Assembly (NCBI GenBank): GCA_043797085.1
Contig: JAZDQA010000008.1
Coordinates: forward strand, 96,001-160,000
Source of the DNA: Pseudomonadota bacterium
GTDB taxonomy: Bacteria; Campylobacterota; Campylobacteria; Campylobacterales; Sulfurimonadaceae
Direction: 5' to 3'
DNA length: 64,000 bases
Shown here one piece after another: positions 18,841 through 28,803 of the stretch. Each line of letters starts with the position of its first letter. The stretch's first letter is position 1. The translations under genes and the position numbers were made by a program. The notes below the pieces were generated by a model. It was not told the origin of the DNA. It was given only the letters and a program-made list of their open reading frames with translations, and did not search any database.

Positions 18841-20041
18841 ACAAACCCTTCTCACTCCCGAATGGGTAGCGCAAAAGGCGACCTTTTTGGATTGGGATTC
18901 TCAACCCTCACTTTTTAAACACTATCCACATTTTTGTTATCGTACTCCTTTAAGCAATCACCCATCACTTCAATGGTTAATGGAATCGAGATGCATAACG
19001 TCCCAGCAGATGGTTGCCCATAAACCCTATTATCGTCTTAATGTCCCCTCGGCAGGAAATCTACAGCCTATTGAAATCTATGTGCAGATTCGAAACCTCT
19101 CAGGTTTGCTGAGCGGACTGTATCATCTGGATATATTGACCCAAGAACTCGTTTTAATCACTGAGATAGGGGCAGCAGGAATTGAGCCCTACTTAGAACT
19201 GGATCATCGTTTTACTGGCTGCATTGTGATGCTGTCAGTCGTTCCTTTTCGCTCATCATGGAAGTATGGATTGCGAGCTTGGCGGTATCTCTATCTCGAT
19301 CTTGGACATCAAATCGGTGCGCTTTCTTCATCCGTACGACATTTTGGGCTTAATCTGACAAAAATGTTCACACTCGATACAGATGCGCTTAATCGTGTTA
19401 TGGGAATGGGTGAGGATGAACGAATCATGGCGGTCTATGGAGTCGGTGAAAAGTCAACGCGACTCGCAAAACGGCTAGAGGAACCATTGATGAGCGTACA
19501 ACCGACGGATTACACCATGCGTGATACTTTATTAGTAGACACCATTAAAGTAGCGCCTCTCTACAGTGAAATTCCTAACAGTATGAAGATGGATGATTTT
19601 CTGGCTCTTAACAGTACTCGCAGAAGTGCGCGGGGATTTAATGCCCATGCGATGAAGGATACAGATATTTTGGCATTGATGAGTATAAAAGCTCATGTGT
19701 CCCTCGAAGTCATACCAATCCTCTTGCAAGCACACAGTATGCAATTAGGTTTGTATCGAAACGGAGAATGTACCGTGAGTGGAAATTTTAATTCTGAAGT
19801 AGTTCATTTGCTTTTAGATCAGCGTTTTATTTCAGGATCAAATATGGTACTATTAATTTATGCGGTGGATTTTAAGGCGCACTCACATATAGAGGCTGGG
19901 ATTTATGCTCAGGAGATTTATACCGTGTGTGAGTATCATGGAGTCGGATGCAGTGGAATAGGGGCATTTTATGACAATATAGGCTCCCAATGGTCGAACA
20001 ATCCATTGCTGTATGCAGTGGCAATAGGAGGAAAATTATGA
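18833..20041 (+). CDS. SagB/ThcOx-like nitroreductase-family protein (two domains)
   Basis: LDWDSQPSLFK.YP, NVPSAGNLQP, WKYG.RAWRYLYLDLGH, GCSGIGAF. Start placed at GTG 18833. Confidence 0.8.
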   Translation: MREQTLLTPEWVAQKATFLDWDSQPSLFKHYPHFCYRTPLSNHPSLQWLMESRCITSQQMVAHKPYYRLNVPSAGNLQPIEIYVQIRNLSGLLSGLYHLDILTQELVLITEIGAAGIEPYLELDHRFTGCIVMLSVVPFRSSWKYGLRAWRYLYLDLGHQIGALSSSVRHFGLNLTKMFTLDTDALNRVMGMGEDERIMAVYGVGEKSTRLAKRLEEPLMSVQPTDYTMRDTLLVDTIKVAPLYSEIPNSMKMDDFLALNSTRRSARGFNAHAMKDTDILALMSIKAHVSLEVIPILLQAHSMQLGLYRNGECTVSGNFNSEVVHLLLDQRFISGSNMVLLIYAVDFKAHSHIEAGIYAQEIYTVCEYHGVGCSGIGAFYDNIGSQWSNNPLLYAVAIGGKL

Positions 20042-21126
20042 TTATCGGAGTTCCAAAAGAGATTAAAACCGACGAGTTTCGCGTAGGTATTACCCCATCG
20101 GGTGTGATGGAGTGCATCAAAGCAGGACACAGCGTATTTGTTGAATTCGGTGCAGGTGTAGGGAGCGGATTTACAGATGCTCAGTACAGTGATGCCGGTG
20201 CAGTTATTCTAAATACAGCGGATGATATTTATGCGAGTGCAGATATGATCTTCAAAGTCAAAGAACCGATTGAGGTAGAGTATGCGAGATTAAAAGAGGC
20301 TCAGATACTATTCACCTATCTCCATCTAGCAGCGGATAAGCGCTTAACTGAAGTGTTATGTGAGAAAAAAATCACGGCATTGGCATACGAGACGCTGAAA
20401 GTTGGGCGACGGCTTCCTTTGTTGGAACCGATGAGTGAAATTGCCGGACGGATGGCGACACTGTTTGGAGCAGTTCATCTGGGACGTTACAATGGCGGGA
20501 GCGGACGACTGCTTGGCGGTGCCGTTGGAGTGGAGACAAATCGTGTTGTGGTACTGGGTGCGGGAGTTGCGGGCAAAGCAGCAGCGGATGCAGCGGCCGG
20601 ATTAGGTGCTGAAGTGACCATGTTTGATATTAATATCGAACGCTTAACCTATTTACGTGATGTAATGAGCCCAAGAGTCTCGATGATGTACTCGACACAT
20701 GATAGCATATTAAATAGTATCAAAGATGCTGACTTGGTTATCGGTACAGTATTGCTCCCCGGTGCAAAAGCTCCTAAGCTCATTACCCGAGATATGCTAC
20801 GTATCATGAAAAAAGGGTCAGTTTTAGTCGATGTTTCCATCGATCAGGGGGGATGTTTCGAGACCTCTCATGCTACTGCGCACTCTCATCCGACGTTTGA
20901 AGTGGAGGGAATCGTCCACTACTGCGTCGCCAATATGCCAGGAATGTATCCGCGCACCTCGACGATTGCCCTGACGAATGCGACATTACCGTATGCACTA
21001 AAAATTGCTTCGACACCGTTGGAGAAATTGTTTGAAGATCCTTCTATGAAGGATGCTCTAAACACCTATAATGGTAAAGTAACGAATGAAGCAGTTGCAA
21101 TCGCCCATGGAATGCACTATGAATGA
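20038..21126 (+). CDS. ald: Alanine dehydrogenase
   Basis: MIIGVPKEIK..EFRVG, KVKEP, FTYLHLAA, PMSEIAGR, IDQGGCFETS, HYCVANMPG. Confidence 0.95.
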   Translation: MIIGVPKEIKTDEFRVGITPSGVMECIKAGHSVFVEFGAGVGSGFTDAQYSDAGAVILNTADDIYASADMIFKVKEPIEVEYARLKEAQILFTYLHLAADKRLTEVLCEKKITALAYETLKVGRRLPLLEPMSEIAGRMATLFGAVHLGRYNGGSGRLLGGAVGVETNRVVVLGAGVAGKAAADAAAGLGAEVTMFDINIERLTYLRDVMSPRVSMMYSTHDSILNSIKDADLVIGTVLLPGAKAPKLITRDMLRIMKKGSVLVDVSIDQGGCFETSHATAHSHPTFEVEGIVHYCVANMPGMYPRTSTIALTNATLPYALKIASTPLEKLFEDPSMKDALNTYNGKVTNEAVAIAHGMHYE

Positions 21127-21436
21127 AACCGATAAAGCACACGAAATATTAGCGATTTACCGTTTTTACAAAATGGACGGTAAGTTGTATCACTACGACG
21201 AAGATGATCGCCTCGATGAACTGTTTGATGCAGTTGTACATGCCATCAATGATTGCGGTATGCTCAAACCCCTCTTGCCTAGAGAAGAGTTTGTTGTCCC
21301 TTGTCGGGGGATACTGAACAAAGAGCGTGCATGGTTACAGCGGTTTGAACATCAAGACACAAAAGCTTTTTTTCTGAGTGATATTTATGACTTTTTGAAG
21401 CTGTTTACAGGGCGAACGAAGTTGCGAGTAGGTTAA
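21119..21436 (+). CDS. Hypothetical protein, translationally coupled to ald
   Basis: ORF overlapping the ald stop; no recognised motif. Confidence 0.65.
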   Translation: MNETDKAHEILAIYRFYKMDGKLYHYDEDDRLDELFDAVVHAINDCGMLKPLLPREEFVVPCRGILNKERAWLQRFEHQDTKAFFLSDIYDFLKLFTGRTKLRVG

Positions 21437-21438
21437 CT

Positions 21439-21453
21439 CGAACACATTATGCA
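21439..21453 (+). promoter_or_regulatory. Non-canonical sigma54-like motif for fprA
   Basis: CG-AACACATTAT-GC-A, 25 nt before the ATG. Confidence 0.6.
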
Positions 21454-21478
21454 TTAGAATCTGAAAGACTCTATAAGG

Positions 21479-22714
21479 ATGCTAATGCTCCCCGATATCG
21501 TTGAAATCAGAGACGGTGTCTATTTCACCGGTGCCTTTGACCCTAAAATCCGTACTTTTGACATCATTATGAAAACTGCCAATGGAAGTTCCTATAACAG
21601 TTATGTCGTTCGTGGAAGCGAAGGTGTTGCGGTTATGGATACCGTGAAAAAAGAGTTTTCAGATGATTTTTTTGCTCGACTTGAACGGGTATGCGATTAC
21701 GATGAAATTCGCTACATCGTCCTGCATCATCTTGAGCCTGACCACTCAGGAGCATTAATCGAGCTGATGAAGCGTGCGCCTGAAGCCCAGCTCATTATCT
21801 CAGGACGTGCGGTGATGATGCTTAAGGGAATTATTAAAACGGATATACCTTACGAGATTGCTACAACGGGAAAAATTATTTCACTGGGTGATAAAACTAT
21901 TGAGTTTTTAATGACGCCATTTTTACACTGGCCTGACACGATGAGCAGCTATTTACACGAAGAGAAGCTTCTTTTTAGTGGGGATGTGTTCGGAAGTCAT
22001 TATTATGACGAGCGTCTTTTTGACGATGATGTGGGCGATTTTATGTATGCTTTTCAATACTATTATGACCACATCATGCGCCCTTTTAAACAGCATGTGC
22101 TTAATGCCTTGGAACTGTATCGCAAGTTTGATATAGATATTATCGCACCCTTGCATGGACCCATTTTGCGTACGAATCCGATGAGTTACATCGATAAATA
22201 CGCTTTGTGGAGTTCTCAGTCCAAATTTCGTAAAAATGAACTGGGGATGAAAATGCTCTCGGTGTTTTATATCTCCAGCTATGACAATACGCATAAAATG
22301 GCGGAAAAAGTAACTGAAGGTGCGGATAGTGTTGCAGGAATACGGGCAAGTATGTATGATTTGGCATCATTGGATGAACACAATATGATCACACTGCTCG
22401 AAGAGTCCGATGCCATTATGATCGGTTCTCCTACGATTAATGGGGATGCTGTTAGACCTGCATGGGATTTATTGTCGTGTATGGCGTATTTGGAGAGCAT
22501 CGGTAAAATCGGTGCGACGTTTGGTTCTTATGGATGGACGGGAGAAGCTCCTGAAATGCTGCATGAACGGTTACGCGGGTTGAAATTTCGTGTGCCGTTG
22601 AAACCATTAAAAATCAAGCTGATCCCAACCGAAGAAGAGCTGGAAGGCTGTGTTGTATTTGGACGTGAGATTGCCGAGATTGCGATGGGAAAAATGATTG
22701 AGATAGACCTTTAG
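21479..22714 (+). CDS. fprA: Flavodiiron protein (FprA, A-type flavoprotein; O2/NO reductase)
   Basis: GSSYNSY, HLEPDHSG, PFLHWPD, GDVFGSH, PLHG; flavodoxin domain GSPT and FGSYGW. Confidence 0.9.
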   Translation: MLMLPDIVEIRDGVYFTGAFDPKIRTFDIIMKTANGSSYNSYVVRGSEGVAVMDTVKKEFSDDFFARLERVCDYDEIRYIVLHHLEPDHSGALIELMKRAPEAQLIISGRAVMMLKGIIKTDIPYEIATTGKIISLGDKTIEFLMTPFLHWPDTMSSYLHEEKLLFSGDVFGSHYYDERLFDDDVGDFMYAFQYYYDHIMRPFKQHVLNALELYRKFDIDIIAPLHGPILRTNPMSYIDKYALWSSQSKFRKNELGMKMLSVFYISSYDNTHKMAEKVTEGADSVAGIRASMYDLASLDEHNMITLLEESDAIMIGSPTINGDAVRPAWDLLSCMAYLESIGKIGATFGSYGWTGEAPEMLHERLRGLKFRVPLKPLKIKLIPTEEELEGCVVFGREIAEIAMGKMIEIDL

Positions 22715-24606
22715 TACTCAATAAACGTGAGTGATAGAACATCATTTTTATAGTTATCTTCTACTTTATATTCACGGTAGCCTTGAGATTGTGCAATACC
22801 TAAAAGATATTTTTTTCCGTCATAAGTGACAAAATGATGTGTTGTATTTTTGGAATTAAACCGTAAGATTTTCTCATCTAATTCCATTTTCTCCATAGGT
22901 TTAGCATTGAGATAGCTTGTGGATAATACAATTCCTTTGCGATCTATAAAACATGAAAAACCGCTTTTTTGTGATGGGAAGCTATCGTTTAATATTGCAT
23001 TAAATTGTGGAGCTGCATCGAAAACAATACCGATTCCCCCTAAAATTTTATTTTTATTTTGAATTGTTGCACTGTAGATATAGGTTGCTTCGTTCTTGTA
23101 AAATGGTGTATTTTCAAATGGACTGACAAAATAGTTTTGTGAAGAAGTATTGTTAAAGATTTTACTGATGTAGTCCCCTGAAACTTTTTTACCGATGAGG
23201 GTTGAATCGTTTGATGAAGCGATAATAGTTGAATGACTATCATAAATAAAGAGGTTCGTATATACGGTATAAAGGGAATTAATATACGCTAGAACGTCAT
23301 GCAGTCGTTGGCTGTCAGGAATGTCTCGTGAGAGTTCTTTTTCAAATATCGGAGTCATCGCCCACCATCGACAGTCATTTGCCCGTTCGTATAGATTTCG
23401 ATCCATAATTTCGATAGCAAGATTTGCGGATGCTTTTGCATCAAAAATAAGTCCATCCATGATGGTGTTTTCAAGATTAGTTACTGTGTCTTTAATCGTG
23501 GAAAGGATGGAAGAGCTGACGGTACGTAAATTATCCAGGACGGGTGTTAGGACATATACCCGTTCTTTGGATGCGATGAGCTCACCATTAATGATAACAT
23601 CACTCAAATCTTCAATCACATCATCCGCTTTTCGTATAATAGATTTAATGTTATCGTCCAAAGTGCTTTTTTGACTGATAGGGTCTTTTATAGGCGGATT
23701 TTGGGTACTTCTTTTGACATTGATATATGCAATACTATTCCAGGATGTGCCGTAGTATCCTTCGTAGCCTTTTGTTTTTGCTGATATAAAAAGATTCCCA
23801 TCATGATATGAAATTTCTGAATTAATCATTCCTTTTCGATACTCTTTTAATATTTGGTTCGATTCATTAGAAGAGGAGCTGATCACCTCTTTACCGTCGG
23901 TAAAAAAGATATGTTCATTCGGATTTAATAGGGATGAAAAAATACGATTCATCTCATCTTCAAAACGAAAACATAAAATTAAAACACCTATTGCTTGATT
24001 ATTATGAGTGATTTTTTGGGCGAATAAGAGTGTTTTATTTTGAGTTGAAAAAAGATCGCTATGGGCATATTGTTCAATGTATCCATCATTTTGTAAAGCA
24101 TTATTTATAATGGGATCGGAACTAGCGGTAATTGAATTCGTTTCATTAATATTGAGTCGAATGTTCCCTTGCGTGTCGGTGATGATTATTTCATTGTAGA
24201 CACTGTATTTCATCGTGTATTCAATCAAACGTTCTTGCAGTGCTTCTGAAGTGTTATTTTCATTTAAAAATTCAATTATGGCTGTATCGGTTGCTAAAAA
24301 GCCGACATCAGCTGTTCGTTCAAAGAGATTTCGGATTAGGATATCGATACTGATCTGGGCTTTAGCGCGGAGCTCTTCGGTATATTTTTTTAAATTTTCA
24401 CGAATCAGGAGCGGGATAAGCTCTGTTTTTAAATCACTAAAGGTCTCGATCGTTTTTTCGGTAAAAGAGAAAAGATTTGCCGCTTTTTCGAGAGCACAAA
24501 TTTTTCCTGTGAGAATAATTTTTTTTAGGAATCGGTTTTGATCATCGAGAAGTTTTACACTGTTTTCAATAAATGGAAAAATTGTTAAAAATTTTGAATA
24601 GTCCAT
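22711..24606 (-). CDS. Soluble Cache-like sensor protein with an internal duplication; no output domain recognised
   Basis: Paired motifs RNLFERTADVGFLA / RNLYERANDCRWWA and YSVY/YTVY; no TM segment seen. Confidence 0.6.
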   Translation of the reverse strand: MDYSKFLTIFPFIENSVKLLDDQNRFLKKIILTGKICALEKAANLFSFTEKTIETFSDLKTELIPLLIRENLKKYTEELRAKAQISIDILIRNLFERTADVGFLATDTAIIEFLNENNTSEALQERLIEYTMKYSVYNEIIITDTQGNIRLNINETNSITASSDPIINNALQNDGYIEQYAHSDLFSTQNKTLLFAQKITHNNQAIGVLILCFRFEDEMNRIFSSLLNPNEHIFFTDGKEVISSSSNESNQILKEYRKGMINSEISYHDGNLFISAKTKGYEGYYGTSWNSIAYINVKRSTQNPPIKDPISQKSTLDDNIKSIIRKADDVIEDLSDVIINGELIASKERVYVLTPVLDNLRTVSSSILSTIKDTVTNLENTIMDGLIFDAKASANLAIEIMDRNLYERANDCRWWAMTPIFEKELSRDIPDSQRLHDVLAYINSLYTVYTNLFIYDSHSTIIASSNDSTLIGKKVSGDYISKIFNNTSSQNYFVSPFENTPFYKNEATYIYSATIQNKNKILGGIGIVFDAAPQFNAILNDSFPSQKSGFSCFIDRKGIVLSTSYLNAKPMEKMELDEKILRFNSKNTTHHFVTYDGKKYLLGIAQSQGYREYKVEDNYKNDVLSLTFIEY

Positions 24607-24746
24607 GTTTCTCCATTTTATATATTTTACTAATAATTGTATTGTAAATAGTAATATAGCAGATAATTGGAATTTTTTTATACATGAAATAATTTTATTA
24701 ATGATTATTATTTAATCATCTACTGTTTTAGTTCTTATGGAAGAAT

Positions 24747-24761
24747 CGAACAATAATTGCA
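24747..24761 (+). promoter_or_regulatory. Non-canonical sigma54-like motif for the nifQ operon
   Basis: CG-AACAATAATT-GC-A, 30 nt before the ATG. Confidence 0.65.
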
Positions 24762-24791
24762 TTATTTGTACATATATATGGGAGGAATAGC

Positions 24792-25121
24792 ATGAGTGAA
24801 CTCGACATCTTACGTCATGAAGTTGAAAGCTATTTGAAAAAATACGCTATTAATGAGGAAGCACGGTATATTATTGCTCCCTTGATTGCTAGAAAATCAC
24901 TGGAAATGAATCACCTCTATCAAGATTTAGGCTTTAAAAGCCGCTCTCAGATGGGTGCGTATATGGCAGAGCATTTCCCTCACTTAGCCGAACTTAAACC
25001 CAAAGATAAACTCTGGAAAAAATTTCTCTATGATGCTATTGGCAAAGTAGCACCTGCGTGTGCGACGTGTAATGACCAAGAGCATTGCTTTACGTGTCTC
25101 ATAGCCGAGGCGAGCGCGTGA
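24792..25121 (+). CDS. nifQ: Molybdenum-processing protein NifQ (short form)
   Basis: NHLYQDLG...HFP.LA...WKKFLY and C-terminal CATC....HCF. Confidence 0.85.
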   Translation: MSELDILRHEVESYLKKYAINEEARYIIAPLIARKSLEMNHLYQDLGFKSRSQMGAYMAEHFPHLAELKPKDKLWKKFLYDAIGKVAPACATCNDQEHCFTCLIAEASA

Positions 25122-26131
25122 AGACACCATCAATCACGACCACAGAACTCTATCGTCATCTCGATACTCTGATCGCGGCTGATATTCCTGTATTTATTCA
25201 TGGCTCTCCGGGGATTGGAAAATCGTACATTGTTGCTGATATAGCAGTAAAGCATGGATTACAGCTTGTCGATGTCCGTCTCTCACAGATGGATCCGGTC
25301 GATTTACGTGGTGTTCCTGCAATTCGTGATGAGCAGACGGTATGGATGGCTCCCGTTTTTTTCCCGAAAGACCAAAATTCAAGCGGGATACTCTTCCTCG
25401 ATGAACTAAACTCTGCACCTCCCTCAGTGCAAGCGGCGATTTATCAGTTGGTATTGGATCGTAAGATGGGTGAGTATTCACTGCCAAAAGGGTGGCGTAT
25501 CATTTGTGCAGGGAACCGCATATCCGATCGGGGTGTCGTGTTTCGTCTCCCGACACCGTTAGCCAATCGGATGGTACATCTCAGTGTAGAAGCACGATTT
25601 GAGGATTTTAAACTCTTTGCAATTCGTGAGGGATTGCACTCGTTTGTGATTGGATTTTTAGGATTCCGTCCCGATTTACTTACCTCAGAACCCATCAGTG
25701 ATGATGACAGCAATCCTGCATTTGCAACACCGCGAAGCTACCATATGCTTTCACATATCCTCAAACATAATGAGAATACTGCGAACATTGCTCCTATTAT
25801 TTACGGTCTTATCGGTTACGGTGCAGGGATTGAGTTTTTATCGTATGTGAAGGTGTACGAAAAACTCCCCGATGTCGGGGCAATTTATCGAGGTGAATAC
25901 CCGAGTGTTGATAAAAGTGAACCGGCACTGCTGTATGCTCTCGTTTCGGCGATGGTGGAACTGTATCGTGGAAGTGCAGAGCAAACGACACATTTATTTG
26001 GTTTTGCTCAAAAATTGCCCACCGAATTTGGGGTAATGCTGATCAAAGATACCATTGTTAAAGATGAAAATATTGCAATGTGTTCTGAATTCGACGAGTG
26101 GATCGAGCGCTATGGCGACTACATCCTTTAA
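25118..26131 (+). CDS. MoxR-like/AAA_5 AAA+ ATPase (copy 1)
   Basis: HGSPGIGKS, DLRG.P, LFLDELN, AGNR, LANR, FATPRS; GTGA overlap with the nifQ stop. Confidence 0.88.
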   Translation: MKTPSITTTELYRHLDTLIAADIPVFIHGSPGIGKSYIVADIAVKHGLQLVDVRLSQMDPVDLRGVPAIRDEQTVWMAPVFFPKDQNSSGILFLDELNSAPPSVQAAIYQLVLDRKMGEYSLPKGWRIICAGNRISDRGVVFRLPTPLANRMVHLSVEARFEDFKLFAIREGLHSFVIGFLGFRPDLLTSEPISDDDSNPAFATPRSYHMLSHILKHNENTANIAPIIYGLIGYGAGIEFLSYVKVYEKLPDVGAIYRGEYPSVDKSEPALLYALVSAMVELYRGSAEQTTHLFGFAQKLPTEFGVMLIKDTIVKDENIAMCSEFDEWIERYGDYIL

Positions 26132-27263
26132 TGATCAACTCGAAAAAATACGGGTTCAGTTTCTCTTTGATCACCCTTTTTTAAGCGTCCTAGCTCTCTC
26201 GATTCCCCACAAATACCAGAGCAATCTTCACCTCCTTTTTGAGACGGATGGGGTGAGTATTCGTGTTGATGAGAACAAAACGATGGGCTATGATGATGCC
26301 CGTCTCAAATATCTCTACGCTCATGTACTGCTCCATATCCTCCTCAAACACCCTTTTCGGATGAAGGGTCGGGAGAAGCCGACATGGAATCGCAGTTGTG
26401 ACATCGTGATCGGATTACTCCTTAACGATTTTCAGCGGGTGGGTAGTGCGGATGAAGAGGCAATAGTGATTGAGTCGTTTCACGACAAAAGTGTCGAAGA
26501 GGTATACCACGCCCTCTATCGTGAGAGTAATGAAGGAGAAGGAAAGCAAAGCGAAGAGAATCCGACACAGCAAAAAATGGACATCGTCGAGCATGAAGGA
26601 GATACCAAGGTTGCAGAAGAAGAGATCGATGCCCTGATCATCCAAGCGATGGGTGCAGCGCGCAAGCAGGGGAATATCCCAGCATCGTTGCTGGAGATGT
26701 TCGATGAGATCACCAAGCCTTCTATTGATTTGCATACGCTCTTACACACCTACATGACAGAGAGTTTTTTCGATAAAGAGTCTGATTTCTCTCATCCGAA
26801 TCGCCGTTTTATCCATCAGGGACTTTATCTTCCCGGATACCGCTATGATCGCAACCGTTTGAGTTTTTTTATCTTTTTGGATCGCTCTATGAGTATTACG
26901 GGGGAAGTTTTTTCACGCTTTTTAGGGATTATCGACTCGATTGTTCGCATGAGCCATGATTTCGAGGTGAGTGTGATCCCATTCGATGAGAGGGTCTATA
27001 CGGAAGAAAAAAAGAGCTACGATGCACAGTCAATATTGCCTAATATTAACTGTGCAAAAGGGAACGGTGGAACGCAATTCGCTCCCGTATTGGAGTATCT
27101 GAATCTTCATGCAGGAGAAAAGAACCTCGCCATAATCTTAAGCGACGGTTATTTCACGGTGGAGAAAGCGCCTGCTATGCAGACCCTTTTTTTGCTCAGT
27201 GAGAAAAAAAATTTAAAAAGGTTTGAACGCTATGGAGACGCCGTCTACTTTGACTTATCGTGA
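26112..27263 (+). CDS. DUF2201-type metallopeptidase-like/VWA protein (copy 1)
   Basis: PNRRF...LYLP, MIDAS DRSMS, GGT, SDG; HExxH position reads HVLLH. Confidence 0.82.
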   Translation: MATTSFNDQLEKIRVQFLFDHPFLSVLALSIPHKYQSNLHLLFETDGVSIRVDENKTMGYDDARLKYLYAHVLLHILLKHPFRMKGREKPTWNRSCDIVIGLLLNDFQRVGSADEEAIVIESFHDKSVEEVYHALYRESNEGEGKQSEENPTQQKMDIVEHEGDTKVAEEEIDALIIQAMGAARKQGNIPASLLEMFDEITKPSIDLHTLLHTYMTESFFDKESDFSHPNRRFIHQGLYLPGYRYDRNRLSFFIFLDRSMSITGEVFSRFLGIIDSIVRMSHDFEVSVIPFDERVYTEEKKSYDAQSILPNINCAKGNGGTQFAPVLEYLNLHAGEKNLAIILSDGYFTVEKAPAMQTLFLLSEKKNLKRFERYGDAVYFDLS

Positions 27264-27945
27264 TCATATTGAAACTCTAAAAGACGATTTGGATTTCGAG
27301 GAGCAGGGTGATGCTATTTACTTGCATCATGAGGATGATGATGCACGACTGCTGTGGGCATTTCATCGTCCCAGCGGTTCCCATCCCGTCCAAGTGGGAG
27401 ACCCGAACACCGACGTAGCAATTATGGCGTTCAATCATTCACGACTAGGGGCATTTGAGCGTTTTACGCGTCTTAATCCATCTGTTATCAGCGATCCTGA
27501 TTTACGCCGTCATATCCGTAACCGTAGTCGAATGCTTTTTCGTGCTCTTGTGGATAACGATTTTAGCGAACTGTTGGAAGTATTGAATCTTTACCCTGTT
27601 TTTATCGATCAAGCGTGTGATCAGATGATTAACGGTCGTATTTGGAATGAGCATTATGCCTCACCCTTGCGTGCATCACAGTTTTTAGATGTAGCGAATG
27701 AACAGATACATGAGAAACTTGCCGAGGGAGTGATTCGCCGCCTACGACCGCTTAAACACCAAACATTTGATGAGGCGAAAGGTCTTTTATCCGAGTTGGT
27801 AAGTCAAGTACAAAAGTTGCATTCAGTGATCAAAGTGCACTATGTCAAAGAGTTTGAAACATGGATGAAGAGTGAGAAACTTCATCCGCTTCAAGTGATT
27901 GTACTGACGAAACAAATTGCCCTATTGAAGGAATCCCATGACTGA
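27232..27945 (+). CDS. Hypothetical protein in the nifQ operon
   Basis: ORF overlapping both neighbours; no recognised motif. Confidence 0.7.
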   Translation: METPSTLTYRDHIETLKDDLDFEEQGDAIYLHHEDDDARLLWAFHRPSGSHPVQVGDPNTDVAIMAFNHSRLGAFERFTRLNPSVISDPDLRRHIRNRSRMLFRALVDNDFSELLEVLNLYPVFIDQACDQMINGRIWNEHYASPLRASQFLDVANEQIHEKLAEGVIRRLRPLKHQTFDEAKGLLSELVSQVQKLHSVIKVHYVKEFETWMKSEKLHPLQVIVLTKQIALLKESHD

Positions 27946-28180
27946 AATGAAACTCAAAGTGATGAAAACGATCTTTAACCTCAGCGATGAATGGGAATAC
28001 AACATTTACGAATCCGATGATATCGCCGAATACGCTCAAATGGACAAAACCGAAGTTAAAAACATCATCTCAGAACTTTATGAGGAGGGATATTTGGGTG
28101 AGTGTATGACTGTGGGAGACGATGGATTCGATACTTTTTACCTCAACCGTCGCGGACGTGCAGTCATCGGGATAGAGTAA
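27938..28180 (+). CDS. Small acidic hypothetical protein, possibly winged-helix
   Basis: DIAEYAQMDKTEVKNIISELYEEGYL...YLN.RG pattern. Confidence 0.65.
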   Translation: MTEMKLKVMKTIFNLSDEWEYNIYESDDIAEYAQMDKTEVKNIISELYEEGYLGECMTVGDDGFDTFYLNRRGRAVIGIE

Positions 28181-28611
28181 TGAGGAAGCTCGTCGTGTTT
28201 TATGAGAAGCCTTTTTGTGCTGCTAATGCTAAACAAAAGCAGATATTGCGATCCAGTGGCTGTACCCTCATCGAGCGCAATCTTCTCGAACACGGATTGG
28301 ACGCAGAGGGACTTCGCAGTTTTATGGGGGATACACCAGTTATTGATTGGTTTAATCCTGCTGCCCCCGCGATTAAAAACGGTGAGATTTTTCCAAACGC
28401 TTTAGATAAAGCAGCGGCGATGGAACTGCTGATGAGCGATCCAATCTTGATTCGCCGACCATTGATGATTATCGGAACTGAAAAACTGTGTGGTTTTGAT
28501 GCGGTAAAAGTAGCTGAAATTCTCGATAGAACTGTCGAACCGATGCCAAAGATAAACTGTATGGAAAAAGGGTGCTTGGAGACTTCAGAATTAAAGAACA
28601 ATGGCAGCTAA
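28180..28611 (+). CDS. nifO: Nitrogenase-associated ArsC/Spx-like protein (NifO-like)
   Basis: FYEKPFC..N.KQK..L, WFNPAAP.IK.GEI, PILIRRPLM, GFD; ATG overlaps the upstream TAA. Confidence 0.75.
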   Translation: MRKLVVFYEKPFCAANAKQKQILRSSGCTLIERNLLEHGLDAEGLRSFMGDTPVIDWFNPAAPAIKNGEIFPNALDKAAAMELLMSDPILIRRPLMIIGTEKLCGFDAVKVAEILDRTVEPMPKINCMEKGCLETSELKNNGS

Positions 28612-28803
28612 TTGCTGATTGGATGATTATAAGAAATTATGGTTAATTAAGTTTGCTATAAAGGGTTCATTATATTCCAACAAAAAGGATTGAAGAGTCC
28701 CGTCGTTTTCAAAATTTGTAAACACAATTTTTTTTGTTATCTTTTTAAGAGTTTTCTGCTAGTATATTTATTATTTGTAAGACATCTTGAAAAAAGAAGT
28801 ATT

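Noticed and set aside
18833..20041. SagB-like gene as a RiPP (azole peptide) cluster
   Set aside because: No YcaO, precursor peptide or transporter nearby.
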